A DNA stretch of 32,000 bases from NCBI GenBank assembly GCA_963528875.1, contig CAURWT010000003.1, positions 30,001-62,000 on the forward strand, written 5' to 3'. The notes under the pieces are model-generated. The model saw nothing but the letters and a program-made list of their open reading frames with translations. It had not been told where the DNA came from and did no database searches. Made by a program: the position numbers and the translations under genes. The stretch comes from an uncultured Candidatus Saccharimonas sp. Lineage in GTDB: Bacteria; Patescibacteriota; Saccharimonadia; Saccharimonadales; Saccharimonadaceae. Of the stretch, positions 31,850-32,000 are shown piece by piece. How positions within the stretch are numbered: position 1 is the first letter of the stretch; every line of letters starts with the position of its first letter.

Positions 31850-32000
31850 GATTTCTATCAGTCTCCATTTTGCTGGAGATAATATTATTAAAGATTGAGT
31901 AGATAGGCTTGTTATTTTTTACTATTAATAGCTTAAGGTAACCTTCTTCGACTCTTATTTTTCTTATGTCTTTCAATAAATCGTCTGTTATTTCAGATCT
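31839..32000 (-). CDS. 3' end of an unidentified gene entering from the right window edge
   Basis: The minus-strand frame is open from base 32000 to TAA (31841-31839): RSEITDDLLKDIRKIRVEEGYLKLLIVKNNKPIYSIFNNIISSKMETDRNQKK. Ends in the terminator. Too short to identify. Confidence 0.3.
   Translation of the reverse strand, partial: RSEITDDLLKDIRKIRVEEGYLKLLIVKNNKPIYSIFNNIISSKMETDRNQKK

Noticed and set aside
1-32000. Alternative genetic code (UGA or other stop reassignment, as in some CPR lineages)
   Set aside because: Well-conserved proteins (gltX, radA, pilB, rplJ, rplL, murF) are full length under the standard code, and TGA terminates the ORF at 2711-2713. The stops interrupting the pilin paralog are TAA/TAG and come with a lost start codon and a frameshift, so that is decay rather than recoding.

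Overview
AT-rich, very gene-dense bacterial window in two parts. (1) Bases 1 to about 9.4 kb are the right-hand end of an integrated temperate phage. It holds tail/baseplate genes (the first is cut by the window edge), a holin-like gene and a multidomain endolysin with a C-terminal membrane anchor. A short accessory region follows, with a DUF3800-family gene and a MazG-type NTP pyrophosphohydrolase on the opposite strand, then a small regulator-like gene and a tyrosine integrase. The block ends at an odd 63-nt tRNA-Gly-like gene with its own promoter and terminator, a 3 x 9 bp tandem repeat, a 72-nt hairpin and a canonical tRNA-Leu(CAA). (2) Bases 9.5-32 kb are host housekeeping and envelope genes: sortase, gltX, an alpha/beta hydrolase, a histidine phosphatase, murF, a NUDIX hydrolase, a SpoU/TrmH methyltransferase, pilB, rplS, a type IV pilin, an LtaS-family transferase, rplJ-rplL, a decayed pilin paralog, an RNase HII-YraN fusion, a secreted HNH/DUF1524 nuclease, an HExxH membrane protein, radA, a PIN-TRAM protein and ppa. 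Gene content and compactness fit a small-genome monoderm such as a CPR/Patescibacteria (Saccharibacteria-like) organism; this is inference only. Standard genetic code. Most notable observations: the D-arm-less tRNA-Gly-like transcription unit; a consensus promoter driving a roughly 140-nt structured RNA upstream of murF; at least ten genes whose start codon lies 6-9 nt after a consensus -10 box (leaderless mRNAs); roughly eight-fold excess of the palindrome TTCGAA in host DNA but much less in the prophage; the prophage DUF3800/MazG accessory cassette; and back-to-back promoters sharing one palindromic -10 box between the nuclease and HExxH genes. No CRISPR array, rRNA or transposase was seen.
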